A stretch of 64,000 nucleotides of DNA, taken from Haliotis rufescens (lineage: Eukaryota). Below are positions 13,571-27,400 of the stretch, piece by piece. The notes under the pieces were generated by a model. The model searched no databases, was not told the DNA's origin, and saw only the letters and a program-made list of their open reading frames with translations. Made by a program: the position numbers and the translations under genes. The stretch spans positions 13,392,001-13,456,000 of the forward strand of contig NW_025963835.1 in NCBI RefSeq assembly GCF_023055435.1, read 5' to 3'. Within the stretch, counting starts at the first letter, position 1. Every line of letters starts with the position of its first letter.

Positions 13571-14949
13571 TGAGCACAAAGAGGGCGCCCCAAATCAATC
13601 GTTGATATATTCAGATACGACTGAGGCAAGTAACACAGGTGATCTTATATTACAGTAACTCGACATACACATAAAGTCCCACATCAGCATGAATTACAAA
13701 CACGTGATCAGCACAGTGACCCGAACATTAACCTCCTTTGAACTAGACAGGCGTTCTAACCTCTGTAAGAGACTTATCCACGCCGCTGGAACCATCATTC
13801 AAGTTTTCCGACCTACTTCAAAATAATTATCCAATTTACTAACTCCCATCCTTTGAAATATAGGCAGCCTTTACAGAAAGCCCAGTTTCCCAGAACCGCC
13901 CCGTGTCGTGGAGAGTCTCTTCCTGCATGGTGGCCACGAGACTTGAACGAGACCACGAGTAGCCATTGTTAAATGTCCTCTGATAACAATCCAAAAGTTT
14001 CTTCCTTCCGCCACTTGATGGCGCTGACCCAGATTGGCACGAGTGTTTTAACAGAAGCTTGAAATACAGGTGCCACATGCTTTCTGGGAAAGTTGGCATG
14101 TTTCAATGGATAAAACAAGGGATACTTTCAATAAGCATGTGCCCTATACAGCTCAAGTAGCGGAGCGTTTTCCTCCTTGTCTTATCGCGAACATTTAAGA
14201 GCACATTTCTCATTAGATTTTTGTCAGATAAAATACTTAAAGTTTGACTTAAAGTTCTAGTTCTTGACATAATGTTAACTTTGACCGCCTTCCGCAATAT
14301 AGAGCAACGACCTGTCAGTCAGAAGTGCGTCATCGGTTATGTTACGTCCCGCACAAATCGGCAGCATGTGGTCAATTAGAACATGTATATGTTCTATTGT
14401 AATTCCCTTTGCGGATAAATTATCAAGATTCAGCAGACTGAAACCGACTGTGTCTTTGCAAATATATTTTGGTCGATTTCATATTAACCACAGTCTACCA
14501 TGTGGTTCATAAATAACATTGAATGCATTAAGTGTTTAAAAGGCATTTAGTGATACACATAAGGAAGAGAATGTATGGATGTCTACTTCTTTATTATGAG
14601 GAACACGGCGTTTCGGAGTATATACTTACTCCTTCATCATTTTGATAGAGTAAGCCATGGACACTTAATACTATATTTACGGTCCATGATTAAACATATA
14701 CTCCGTAACGTTGTATTCCTCATGATAAATAAGATGACATCCATAAATTCTCTTTCTTATTGAATGCATTCTTTGATCAAAATTCTTAAATCAACTTGTC
14801 TTTCATAAGTACTTATTTCATAAGACAAATTCAAAATACAATTGCAGACATTTTGTAGTGTGTGCATTCGCAAGTTCATTTGTTTAGTTCCTTCATCTAT
14901 AGAAATACCTCAATAGCTATGCCTTAAGTTTGTAGTTTATTAAGGTTTG

Positions 14950-15150
14950 ACCCATGGGTTTTCCTCGGAATAGGGTAACTTATGCTGGTCGTAAGAGTGG
15001 AGTTTACGTGGTCAGACTCTGTGTGTTGGTTGATTTAGTGTCACCGTACCCCGCAGCGAAACCATTGCCCATGATATCAACCACTGGACTGTCTGGTCTT
15101 CACAGGACGCAGCTTGAATGGTGGTGAGCGTGGCGTTAAACAACAGACAC
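14950..15150 (+). mobile_element. Degenerate SINE family A
   Basis: gtcgtaagag core and gatatcaaccactggactgtctggtc...ggcgttaaacaac tail. Confidence 0.6.
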
Positions 15151-16411
15151 ACATATACACAAGGACTGACTTACTCATCGCTTGTACCAACACATTCCAT
15201 CAGAATCGACCACGTAGAAAACATAAACTACGCCGTGAAGTTAATTTGAGGTTTGTCAGATATATCAGGTCACCGGTTGAAGCATGTAGCTAAACATTCG
15301 CACATGTACAAGACATGATACGTAGATCATAGATATAGTTGTAGAGATTCACTTGTGCAATCAGTTGAAATGAGGGAGACAGGAGATATTTACAGAATGT
15401 AGTTATCATTCCAACATTTTCCAAATGCATAAATGACTTAATCATGTTGCTCGCAACTTCCAAATCTTGGAGAGGTCATTCGTTTACAACGGTGGAGATG
15501 AAAGTCTGGCACGTTACATTTTAATCATTCAAACGCCCAGCAATCAATACGGCTGAGTTGGTTATATTGTGTAAATACCCATTCTGACTTCCCTCTGTCC
15601 AATGAACCAAAGTTCACATTTAATCTGCAATGCCCTTACGACGTCTAGGAACACGTTTCCATCAGCCGTGTAGTTTACTGTCTGTCACAGAACCATGTCT
15701 TGTTGTAGACATGGCGTCACCAGATTTCCGTGATCACACAATACACTCCATATACAAACCGCGCTACCATACAGCACTCCACCCTGTCGACACTGAGATG
15801 TTGACAGGGCCTAAGTTCACCGGCAATAACTGCTCGTTTTCAAAGTTCAAGAACATTCCTATAAACAACGTTTCACAGTGATAAGTTCTTGGAGATGAAG
15901 TGCAAGGCTCTAGATGTATTGTACCAGAGTTCCAAAGTCGTCTTCTTGTATTTAATTGACTTTAATGGCATATCCTCATCACTAGTGTGATTGTTCGTAT
16001 TTCACCAATATATTTTTAACTGAAACATGTATTAATCATTTCAACTATTAAGAACTTTTAACAATCCTCAATCATCTTAATTGTGTCAGGTTAGCTATTC
16101 AATTTTGCTTTCTCATAATCATATAACGTTACTCTCATACCAACAACCAAATTAAACATATTTACTTAGTCGCTTTAATCACTAGGCTACCTCACCGTCC
16201 CCGCAATGCCGGGATGGTTTCATATACACAGAGGACGTGTTTTCGAGCTGAGCGTTTTAATACGAACGCCACAGGTAGCAATATTATGGCTATGTCACGG
16301 CGGAATGGAAATAATGGAGACTGGACCAGACAAACCACATTAGAGGTGAGATCCAAACCTTCAGCCATATGATTCTGCGTGATGCCTATTTAGGTTAGTC
16401 TTTCATGGACT

Positions 16412-16691
16412 GGGGGCACGGGTGGCCCAGTCGTCTAAGGCGCCGTGATTCGCTGTGCAGCGTTGCGTCCCATTGGCACGTCAGAAAACTATGATTGTGG
16501 GTTCGAATCCCGGTTCGCCCCGATTATGTTTCTAGGTTTGTCAGCACCATACCCTTGCTCGTGGGTTTCACCGAAGTGGTAAACGTTTGAGACCTACGTC
16601 ACTTAGGGCTTTCCTTACACATTAAGCTGACACGCCGTGATATAACTGGAATACTGTTAAAAGCGGCGTTAAACCCAACTCACTCACCCAC
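16412..16691 (+). mobile_element. SINE family B, full length with 13-bp TSD
   Basis: TSD tctttcatggact at 16399-16411 and 16692-16704. Confidence 0.9.
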
Positions 16692-17555
16692 TCTTTCATG
16701 GACTCCTTTACTTTCCTTTAGCAATGTGACAGAGGTAGATATAGGAGTGTCAGAAAAAACACTGACATTAGAGCCTTATTCCTCCCCCAATTTCCCATCG
16801 GCCATGTTTGGCCTCGACATCCCTATGTTCATTTGTTGTATAAACTTTAAGACAGGAAGACATGATGTCAATTTATTATATAGCATGCAGATTATGAAGT
16901 TACAGATTAGTATCAGCAGATGTTTCTTCACATTTCAAAAGGAATCACAGAAAGAGACCTTGTAGTTTTCATATTTGGTATGAGGCCCTGTTCCTCCCCA
17001 GAATCCTGTCGATCAAGATTTCTGGTTAAGCCCCCTTCATATTGCATGTTCGTACCATAAACTATAGGAATCATAACAAGCCATGTTGTTTGCTAGCCTG
17101 ACATGCCCTATCGCTTGTTAAAAGGTTACACCTCCTGCACCAGATGGTTTTCGTTGAAAAAGGAAACTTACCAAAAAACAAATGTTGCACAAACGAATGT
17201 GTTTGTTTTATATCCGAGCAGTCCTTTATTGCCCAGCAATGACTTCCGTTGCGAGTGTTCAGCCTATTTAGAGTTTCCAGAGCTTTCCGACATGTATATA
17301 CAGGTTAGTGATGGAAATACTGCATGTATTGTAGTGAGTGTCCTATATCGTCGCCAGTATTGTTATACGTGGTAGTTGGGAGGTGTAAGACCAATTGTTA
17401 TGGTAGGTTTCTCTGTTATTGTTTCTTGATGCTTAAGCTCAGACCTGCATTTACTTACACCATTAACATACCTGCGTTAAGTGTGCAGAGTATACAGAAA
17501 TGTCAACACCCTAAACCTAATACTGTAAATCTCCGTGGGCATTCCAGGGCAAAAC

Positions 17556-18895
17556 AGGCCCTAAACACTCAGTGCTCGTCTTCCCGTGGGGAGTCCGGTG
17601 TAGAATAGGCCCTAAACACTCAGTGCTCGTCTTCCCGTGGGGAGTCCGGTGCAGAATAGGCCCTAAACACTCAGTGCCTGTCTTCCCGTGGGGATTCCGG
17701 TGTAGAATAGGCCCTAAACACTCAGTGCTCGTCTTCCCGTGGGGAGTCCGGTGTAGAATAGGCCCTAAACACTCAGTGCCTGTCTTCCCGTGGGGAGTCC
17801 GGTGTAGAATAGGCCCTAAACACTCAGTGCCTGTCTTCCCATGGGGAGTCCGGTGTAGAATAGGCCCTAAACACTCAGTGCTCGTCTTCCCGTGGGGAGT
17901 CCGGTGTAGAATAGGCCCTAAACACTCAGTGCCTGTCTTCCCGTGGGGATTCCGGTGTAGAATAGGCCCTAAACACTCAGTGCCTGTCTTCCCGTGGGGA
18001 GTCCGGTGTAGAATAGGCCCTAAACACTCAGTGCCTGTCTTCCCGTGGGGAGTCCGGTGTAGAATAGGCCCTAAACACTCAGTGCCTGTCTTCCCGTGGG
18101 GATTCCGGTGTAGAATAGGCCCTAAACACTCAGTGTCTGTCTTCCCGTGGGGAGTCCGGTGTAGAATAGGCCCTAAACACTCAGTGTTCGTCTTCCCTTG
18201 GAGATTCCGGTGCAGAATAGGTCCTCAACATTCAGTGCCTGTCTTCCCGTGGGGAGTCCGGTGTAGAATAGGCCCTAAACACTCAGTGCCTGTCTTCCCG
18301 TGGGGAGTCCGGTGCAGAATAGGCCCTAAACACTCAGTGCCTGTCTTCCCGTGGGGATTCCGGTGTAGAATAGGCCCTAAACACTCAGTGCTCGTCTTCC
18401 CGTGGGGAGTCCGGTGTAGAATAGGCCCTAAACACTCAGTGCCTGTCTTCCCGTGGGGAGTCCGGTGTAGAATAGGCCCTAAACACTCAGTGCCTGTCTT
18501 CCCGTGGGGATTCCGGTGTAGAATAGGCCCTAAACACTCAGTGCTCGTCTTCCCGTGGGGAGTCCGGTGTAGAATAGGCCCTAAACACTCAGTGCCTGTC
18601 TTCCCGTGGGGAGTCCGGTGTAGAATAGGCCCTAAACACTCAGTGCCTGTCTTCCCGTGGGGATTCCGGTGTAGAATAGGCCCTAAACACTCAGTGTCTG
18701 TCTTCCCGTGGGGAGTCCGGTGTAGAATAGGCCCTAAACACTCAGTGTTCGTCTTCCCTTGGAGATTCCGGTGCAGAATAGGTCCTCAACATTCAGTGCT
18801 CGTCTTCCCGTGGGGATTCCGGTGTAGAATAGGTTCGTAACACTCAATGCTCTTCTCTTGGGGATTTCGGCTCAGAATAGGTGGTCAACACTCGG
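17556..18895. repeat. 51-bp minisatellite (~26 units)
   Basis: Unit GTCTTCCCGTGGGGAGTCCGGTGTAGAATAGGCCCTAAACACTCAGTGCCT. Confidence 0.95.
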
Positions 18896-19127
18896 TGCAC
18901 TCTCTGCAATAAATCAGCTAAAGGACAGCGGCCTGTAAATTATAGAATCTGGTCCAGACAATTAAGAGATTGATATAATGAGCAACGATCCATGCCGTTG
19001 AGGTACGGTGACATGCTGTCATCCACGTCACCGAGCCCGACCAACCAATTTATTAAGTCACCTCGACAAGCAGAGGTTGCTGGGACCTGTTCTAACTTTG
19101 AATCCCTCAAAAACTCAAAATCATGTG

Positions 19128-19285
19128 CAGTCGAACCGCGTTGTGTCAAAGTCATGCGGACCTGCAAAAAGTTACCAGGAGTTCGAGGCATCAGGGGATT
19201 TTATGCTTAATATGGATACTTGGAACTCTTGGAGAGAAAACCGGGAATTCGATACATCAAAGTTCGACACAACGAGGTTCGACTG
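19128..19285. mobile_element. pogo/Tigger-like MITE
   Basis: TIR CAGTCGAACC.CGTTGTGTC / GACACAACGAGGTTCGACTG, with TA on the right flank. Confidence 0.75.
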
Positions 19286-19899
19286 TATAGGACAATAATA
19301 ATATATGAGAGATGTGCATGACGTCATTACATCATGACAAAAGAAAAGTATTTGAAAAAACTGATTTGTTTTTGTTATTGTGAGGACGTAACAATTTATC
19401 AATACTTTTGTAGCTTCTACATACTAAATAAATAGCTATTGTCGCTCTTGCTAGAGACCGTTTTTAGTAACCTTGACCAGAACCCAAGGTAATCATGACA
19501 TATCCACAGCCAGTGTGTGATATATATGTTCCGTACACAGGAAGTATTAAGATATTTTATCATTTACGTAAGGGAGATATCGGTAAATGCTCTTACTTCT
19601 AAGGAATCATTATCGGTGCAATTTCATATTCTCCGAGTCAGTATCAGTGCGGCCTAGTCCCATGACATGAAACACATCAATCATCTACGAGCATAGCTAT
19701 GTGAAATAATTTGGTAATTGAAACAGTGTTGTGTATGCACCAATCTACACCAATGTTCGAGGGAAGGAGGGTTAGTGTACATTTGAAAGATCAACAGTGT
19801 AGCTGAATTGCTGTGCAGCTACAATTCCATCTATCAGTAGAAACATGTCGAAAACTATTGTTCGCTCAGAAGATCATCATATGTCATATTCATATCATC

Positions 19900-21155
19900 C
19901 AATACATATTTCCTCTGTAACATGTGATGTAATACACATTCAATCTGTAGCATGTCAGCTAAAACAAATCTCCTCTTTACCATTTCAGCTAATACACATT
20001 CCATCTGTGACATTTTATCTAATACACATTCCATCTGTAACATTTTATCTAAAACACATTCCATCTGTGACATTCTATCCAATACACATTCCATCTCTGA
20101 CATTTGATCTAATGCACATTCCATCTGTGACATTTGATCTAATACACATTCCATCTGTGACATTTGATCTAATACACATTCCGTCTGAAACATTTTATCT
20201 AAGGCACATTCCATCTGTGACATTTTATCTAATACACATTCCATCTGTTACATTTGATCTAAAACACATTCCATCTGTGATATTTTATCTAATACACATT
20301 CCGTCTGTGACATTTTATCTGAGGCACATTCCATCTGTGACATTTCATCTGAGGCACATTCCGTCTGTTACATTTGATCAAATACACATTCCATCTGTGA
20401 CATTTGATCTAATACACATTTCGTCTGAAACATTTTATCTAAAACACATTCCATCTGTAACATTTGATCTAATACACATTCCGTCTGTTACATTTGATCA
20501 AATACACATTCCATCTGTAACATTTTATCTAATACACATTCCATGTGTGACATTTGATCTAATACACATTTCGTCTGAAACATTTTATCTAAGGCACATT
20601 CCATCTGTGACATTTATCTAACACACATTCTATCTGTAACATTTTGCCTAATACACATTCCATCTATGACATTTTATCTAAAGCACATTCCATCTGTTAC
20701 ATTTTATCTAATACGCATTCCATCTGTAACATATTATCTAATACACATTCCATCTGTAACATTTTATCTAAAGCACATTCCATGTGTGACATTTTATAAT
20801 TTACACATTCCATATGTTACATTTTATCTAATACACATTCCATCTGTTACAGTAAACTACGGTTATAACGAACTCAAAGGGACAACTAATTTTAGTTCGT
20901 AATAACCGTAGCTCGTTATAAGCATATAAACAGCATATATACAACAAATTGATGGGACTAAAAAATAAGTTCGTTATATCGGTAAGAAATAAACGTGTTC
21001 GTTATAAACGTAGTTTACTGTACATATTATCTAATACACATCTGGAACATTTTATCTAATACACATTCCAACTGTTACATTTTATTTAATACACATTCCA
21101 TCTGTGACATTTTATCTAAAACACATTTCGTCTGTAACATTTTATCTAATACATG
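19900..21155. repeat. 30-bp minisatellite interrupted by a MITE
   Basis: Unit AATACACATTCCATCTGTGACATTTTATCT. Confidence 0.92.
20850..21020. mobile_element. Tc1/pogo-type MITE with TA TSD
   Basis: TA|CAGTAAACTACGGTTATAACGAAC ... GTTCGTTATAAACGTAGTTTACTG|TA. Confidence 0.85.
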
Positions 21156-21227
21156 TCATATGCACATGCACTCAATCACGTGCTATCAAGTGTACATTCT
21201 CTCTGACACAATTGTGTTAAACCGGAG

Positions 21228-21470
21228 GCAGGGCAGGTCAACTAAGACGCCACAATTCGCTGTGTATAGTTGCGTCACTTTTTTCGCCAGGATCCGCTTT
21301 TCGGAGATTCGCGATATAATTCTCTTTTGTCAGCACCATACCCATGCTTGTGGATTTCAGATCTGCACTTATTTGGGCATTCCTCCAACATGAAGCTGAC
21401 ATGCCGTGATAAAACTTAATTCCTGTTTCAAACAACGTCAATCCCAACTCATTCCCTCACTCACTTCTCT
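21228..21470 (+). mobile_element. Degenerate SINE family B
   Basis: ctaagacgcc.caattcgctgtg ... tttgtcagcaccataccc ... aagctgacatgccgtgata. Confidence 0.65.
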
Positions 21471-22573
21471 CTCACACAATTGAACTTCTCCGCCCACAAA
21501 CTACCATCTGCAGCGACAATCCTGTCATACAGTCTAATCAATGTCGGTAAATATAAGTTCGATTAATGAGGTAAAACTGGTGATTAAAGAATTATAGCAT
21601 ATCTTGTTAACTTACTTATGTTAAACTGGTGCAGCAAAGGCGCAATCCCACATGCATGTCTAAATGTCTGTGGGTATTTTTTAAAAGGGATTACTTGGTA
21701 AACGGCTGAGTCGGCTCGGCGGTTTTCATGATCTTAATTTGTCATATATATATACCGTAATGAGACAACAAGCGGCGCTATTTGACACTAGGTCACAGTT
21801 TGGAATTGCCAAATGGCCACAAGGTGACTGCATCCGCCAGAGGAATGACCGCGGCAAGGCCATCATTCTTCAATCACCAGGAAGAATTGGGTTTTAATGT
21901 CAATGGAAATTTCATTACCAATTTCAAGTTTATATTTCAATATCATTATCGATCATCCCATCAAATATTGAACAAATATGAATCGATCATTACCTAAACT
22001 GAATCTCTAGTCTGTAATAAAGTTCAATCAAATTCGGCATTTCTGGAATAGTTGGCAGTGCAGTGCAAGTAATAGGAATGTCTGCGTTATTTTCGATTCA
22101 ATAGGGAGCGGTAGATGACTCATGATTCTCAAGTACAGAGAATCATCTCACAAAAAGCTCCGATTTGTCTGATTGATGCGAGGGAAGACCATTCAGGGCT
22201 TTTGACTCGTTTTTACGATAACTGACCAATTTTGAAAATGAAATACTTGAATTCTGAGATTCAGTCCTCTGGCGTCTCAAATCTCTGTAGTTGCTGATTT
22301 CTCCATATTTTCCTTTCACTGGCACCACTTGATATTTCCAGCTGTAATTTCATCCCGGAACGCAGTCAGTTATTCCTTATTCACATTCCTTGGCTCTGAT
22401 GGTTAGATAATGTATGTAGAGCTGTATGGGGGATGATCACGCAAGGATTCAGAAGTAGGAGACCCAGCTTCATCCTATGTTATGTCCCCAATACTGCCCT
22501 GGGGACTGTTAATATTTCGGAAATAAATATGCTGACTGACAAATTTACAATTTGCTGAATTAAATGTTTTCAC

Positions 22574-22824
22574 GGGGTGAAATGGGGTTTAACATCGCAT
22601 CCAAGAGTTTTGCAGAGTGTGTGTGAGTGAGTATGGTTTTACGCCGCTTATAGCAATATTCTAGCAATATGACGGCGGGGGATATCAGAAATGGGCTTCA
22701 CACATTGTACCCATGTCGGGATTCGAACCCGTGACGAGGGAACGCTTTAACCACTAGGCTACCCGACCGACCGACCGACCGTGTGTGTGTGTGTGTGTGT
22801 GTGCGTGTGTGCGTGTGTGCGTGT

Positions 22825-22861
<37 letters not shown>

Positions 22862-23110
22862 CTTGTAATAGTCCGGACTGATGCCGAGTTATAGTGCTAG
22901 CCCACTCAGATACCGTGCCGCAGTTTAATATGAATACCCCACTCAGACACAATATCCTGACGCCGAGCCAACCGGTCCTTGCTTTAGCCCCTTGATGCCG
23001 AGCGCCAGACAGGGTAGCAACAAGTACCATCTTTTAACGTCTTTTGGTATGACGCGGCCGGGAATAGGACACCAGACCTTCCGCTGCCCGGGCGGACGCT
23101 TCACCACTAG
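22574..23110 (-). mobile_element. SINE family D with nested family C copy
   Basis: D tail at 22574-22612; D microsatellite, body and head at 22780-23110. Confidence 0.75.
22620..22775 (-). mobile_element. tRNA-derived SINE family C
   Basis: Reverse of gggtagcctagtggttaaagcgttc...tgggtacaatgtgtgaagcccatttctg...aaaccatactcactcac. Confidence 0.8.
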
Positions 23111-23485
23111 CCCTTTTCACATTTTAAAGGCGGGTGTGTTGAATATGTTTTTAAACGGGCTTGTTGCAAAGCCCCTATTGGTCGTGTTATTACGAGGAAT
23201 CATATTCATGAAGTTCTAAAATTAAAACGAAAAAGTACAGGATTCTTTGATGCAGATAATGTTAATGTACCCAATGATATTATTGGTCGAGGGTTCTACT
23301 GTAAAATATATTAGCTTTTCAGGCCGATGACCCTGGTAACCACTCATTCACTCACTAATTAAATAAAATTCAATTCATAATAGAAACCACGCTTTTCCGA
23401 GAAATGGATTTCGTTGTCACCTTTTGTCATCACTAATTTTCATCCTGACATGTAATATTCACCGCTGTTCTGCCTTACACCCAGT

Positions 23486-23813
23486 GTGAGGTGAAATGAG
23501 ATAGAATTTAACGTCGCGTCCAAGATTATTGCACTTGTATAGCGAGGTGTATGGACGTGTGTGTCGGCTTGTACTAGTCCGGACTAACGCCGATGTTATA
23601 ATGCTAGCCCACTGAGATACCATGCCGCAGTTTAACATGAATATCCCACTCAGACACATTATACTGACTCCAAACCGACCAATCTTTGTTTTAGCCCCTT
23701 AATGCCGCGAGCCAGACAGGATAACAAGTACCATCTTTTCACGTATTTTGGTATGACGGGTCAGAGGATCGAACCCCGGACCTTCCGCTCTCCACTAGAC
23801 CACGGAGGTGGTC
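23486..23813 (-). mobile_element. SINE family D
   Basis: Full-length match to other D copies. Confidence 0.8.
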
Positions 23814-24324
23814 CTACACCCAATGGCTTTGGTGGGTAATCAAGACTGGTTATTCTCTGGCGTTGACGTTTTATATTTTATTAATAATAGTTACTGCCTT
23901 CGATGAATGGATGAACTGAACTTGAAAGACATATAACCATACCAAGTATACCTGAGATTTATGAGCAGTATAATAATTACGGCAAGGTATTCAACACATG
24001 TTATACATGTTCTTCTTTTAAAGTCTTTTATATTGTATTTAGATCATCGACGAAACAAAGGCTTTGCGTGTTTTGTCTGGACACGTTTGTAATCTTAAAC
24101 TCAATTGTTTGGGGCTTAATCATGTTCACGTTGGGGATATACTTAAACGTGACATTCAATAGTTTACCTTCCTTTCGCCCGTCAACGTGCAGTGCATAAA
24201 CCATGGTGACAGCAGAACCGGAACTAATGACGCGCCTTGAGTGAGTGAGTGAGTGAGTGAGTGAAGGGGGTTTCGCGCCACAACTGAACGGTAAGAAGAG
24301 ACCCGAGGCCAATGACTTCAGGAA

Positions 24325-24474
24325 AGTGAGCGAAATGGTTTGACGCCGCTTTTAGCACGTCACAGCGGGGGACACCAGAAATGGGTTTAACACATTGAGT
24401 CCATGTGAAGAATCGAACCCAGGACATTGGCTGGACGAGCGAGCGCTTTAACCACTAGGCTACGCCACCGCCCG
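24325..24474 (-). mobile_element. SINE family C
   Basis: gggggacaccagaaatggg...gcgctttaaccactaggctac. Confidence 0.75.
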
Positions 24475-27400
24475 CAAGTCGTGAAATGTAATTTTAAGTC
24501 TGAAATCTATACTGTGATTTGGTGATCATTCATATCGTATTTTAATAATATCTCTTATCGTAAATATGATTTTTAATTTAAATATTGGATTCCCTGGCAT
24601 CGTTGGTTTTCATTTTGCTTTAATAAATACAGCAGCATGGGCAAGTCATGGGTTGTAGAAAACTGTTTAGAAAAGAATTTTATCTTATTTTTATGTTTTA
24701 ACTTGGATGCCCTTGCTGATGTCAAACTGTAATACTTCTGGTAATTTGTCATCTGTATCATCACCATCACCACGAGAAAGTCTTGACAAAGCTGCCAGTC
24801 ATGCACCTTGCTATTTTGAGCATGACTGGTACTAAACAAATTTAGATCATGAACTTGTTTAGATACCAAATATGATCAGATGTTAATCATGTTTTAATTC
24901 TGGACTTGTTTATATTTTAAATAAAGTTTAAATTATGGAAGAACGATACGTTTATAGGTTTCAGTTTAGGATCTAAACATATTTAAAAGTTTATCATTTA
25001 ATTTTTATCCTTTATGTAAATCACCTAGATGAGCATCTGTCATCTGTTAACACTTTAAATAAATACATCACGTCCACGGTGTCCACCGAAACAGATTCGA
25101 TTGGGCGTAAGAGGCAATTAAAATAGCCGTGGACATCATATGAATGGATCAGTGAAAATCAGTGATGACACCAGGTGTTCGCGACAAGGGTAAGCATGTC
25201 CTGCCCTACCGGTACTATCCGCTACTCACAGGATTTGCATAAAACCATCAGTGTTTGTTGTCATTAATAATGTATACTATCAGCTGAAACTGACTTGTTT
25301 CTCGACAACCATTTCCAAAAGTCTGTGTGTAGAACTAGCAGTCTTTTAGTATTGAAATTTTTTTTAGTAGAATTATGAAACCTTGTGTGCTATTTACCTG
25401 ACACCAGATCATTACATACAATGAGATCACTGTGGTGTTGTTCAGATAGACGTAATGACCTGTCGATGAGACGAATGATTAATTTTGGAATATACATTTA
25501 TTTCACACGTTGAACATTCTTTTCCATAAGAATAGTAATTGCAGAAAGCACTTCAAGAGAACAAACACGGAAGTATGACGCTCGACAGCCAATCGACCCT
25601 ACTTCTAACGTATCACAGACATCCAGGTTTATTTACACAAAACTCTTTTTGGTCGACATACAAATATAGCATTAATTGCAAATGCGATGCATTCAAATGC
25701 AAACAAACTAACATTGTCGAGTTTATAGGTTAAACTATGTTAGCAATGTACACTAAACATATTGAACATCGAGAAGGCTATTGACATGACAACTAACAAT
25801 GTATTTGTATTAATAACAACTATCCATGATAAAATGTCTAACTTCACATAATTGATGGGTGTGTTAAATCTATTCTGGGAATAATGATTATCGAAAACAG
25901 TGTTTTGACAAGTCTTAGCAACTAAAATCAACTTTTTAGGACTACAAAAACATACGCGCAATGGAGGCATTGAATATGGTTATTGTCCGTCTTGTTAGAA
26001 AATATGCTTATTAAAGTGTGTCGAGTATTTACGTATGCAGGACACCAGACAAACAAACACTTACCTGTCAAATCATTTATCTGGATATTGTCGGAGGAAT
26101 GGTCCGGATCGCGTGGTCCAAGTAACTGTTATTTGAGTAACGTGAGCGTATGATGGTCAAAGATGTAGATGCACGTATTGGTACGTGACAAATGATACCA
26201 ATGCATCGCATCACCTATACAAATGTTTATTTAATTGTAAATGAGACTAAGAGCTGAGTATTAAACCATGTTTTGTTATCTCTCTCTCTGTGACTCAAGC
26301 TATTTGATTAGATTAGAAAACTAAACGGCATAATTTAGTTTTTTAAAACCATCCATTATATTTTCGCGAATTGTCACACTTTGTCCGGTTTACCAAACAA
26401 ATAAACCATTTCGGACTTTCAAGTACGTATTATTGTATTTCCTCGTTACCGTACGTAAAACAAAAGCATACAAAACACGGACCCATTGTCAACTGTATGA
26501 TATGTGCATCCTATAAACCTCGCCTCATCATTTCATTCATGTAGTCAATATGCCCCATTGTTTCGAACAAAAACTTCTCTTATGTTTTAACTCACAGAAT
26601 TTCCTTCTTGCAGACATTCTACAAATAAACTAAAGAAACACAGAAAAACAACTCCCGAGCAAACAATGTGACTTAAAACATCAGCGACCTCACAGCATTC
26701 TACGTCATGGACCAGCAGTTCACAGAGTCCTAGTTAAGCCGGGGACATGTTCACAGAGCCACACCCTGCCTTCATGCTAATTACAGACACTCCTGTACCC
26801 GATCCTTCCTTCCACAATATGTCAAATTTCGTACATTTCCTGTGAAATGTGACACGCAAAAATTGTTGTCAAGGATCAAATAGGCAATGTACTTATTCAA
26901 AGCACATTGGCATTTAATTGGAATACATGAGAAAGAATAAAACCTTTGAGTGTCAGTAAGTGTGTCTTTTATAATCTGGTAGGGTGATCTTGCGAATGTA
27001 TTGAATATTGTTGCGTTCATGTGTGTTTGCATGTTTAACTGACGGAGACACAAGGAGATTTAGCGTCATGGTACAGTCGTAGCTTTCTCACTTTTTGTCA
27101 CAACAATGATACATATTCTTCCGTAGGATTAGTTTTAGAATTATTGACGATCTCTAATTTCTGGGGATATATTCAGAAAAAGGAACACGTTTACAGCTTC
27201 ATAAAATTTATTGTTTAAACTGGTGTACAGAGGTTGCTCAACAAAATACAGTAGTGTACGTGTCTCATGTGTATGTCTATTTCATCTTAGATGACTGAGC
27301 AGGTTCAGGAAAAGCCCTGTTGGCTGAATGAGGAGATATATACAGCCACAGGCACCATATACACCTATGGTCCATCACCATGGGGAATACTTTGCGTGAT

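Noticed and set aside
17572-18840. 422-aa repetitive ORF
   Set aside because: It is the translation of a stop-free 51-bp minisatellite and has no non-repetitive domain or gene context.
19845-20621. 258-aa His/Ile-rich ORF
   Set aside because: It is a 30-bp minisatellite; 1-bp indels in the array break the frame.
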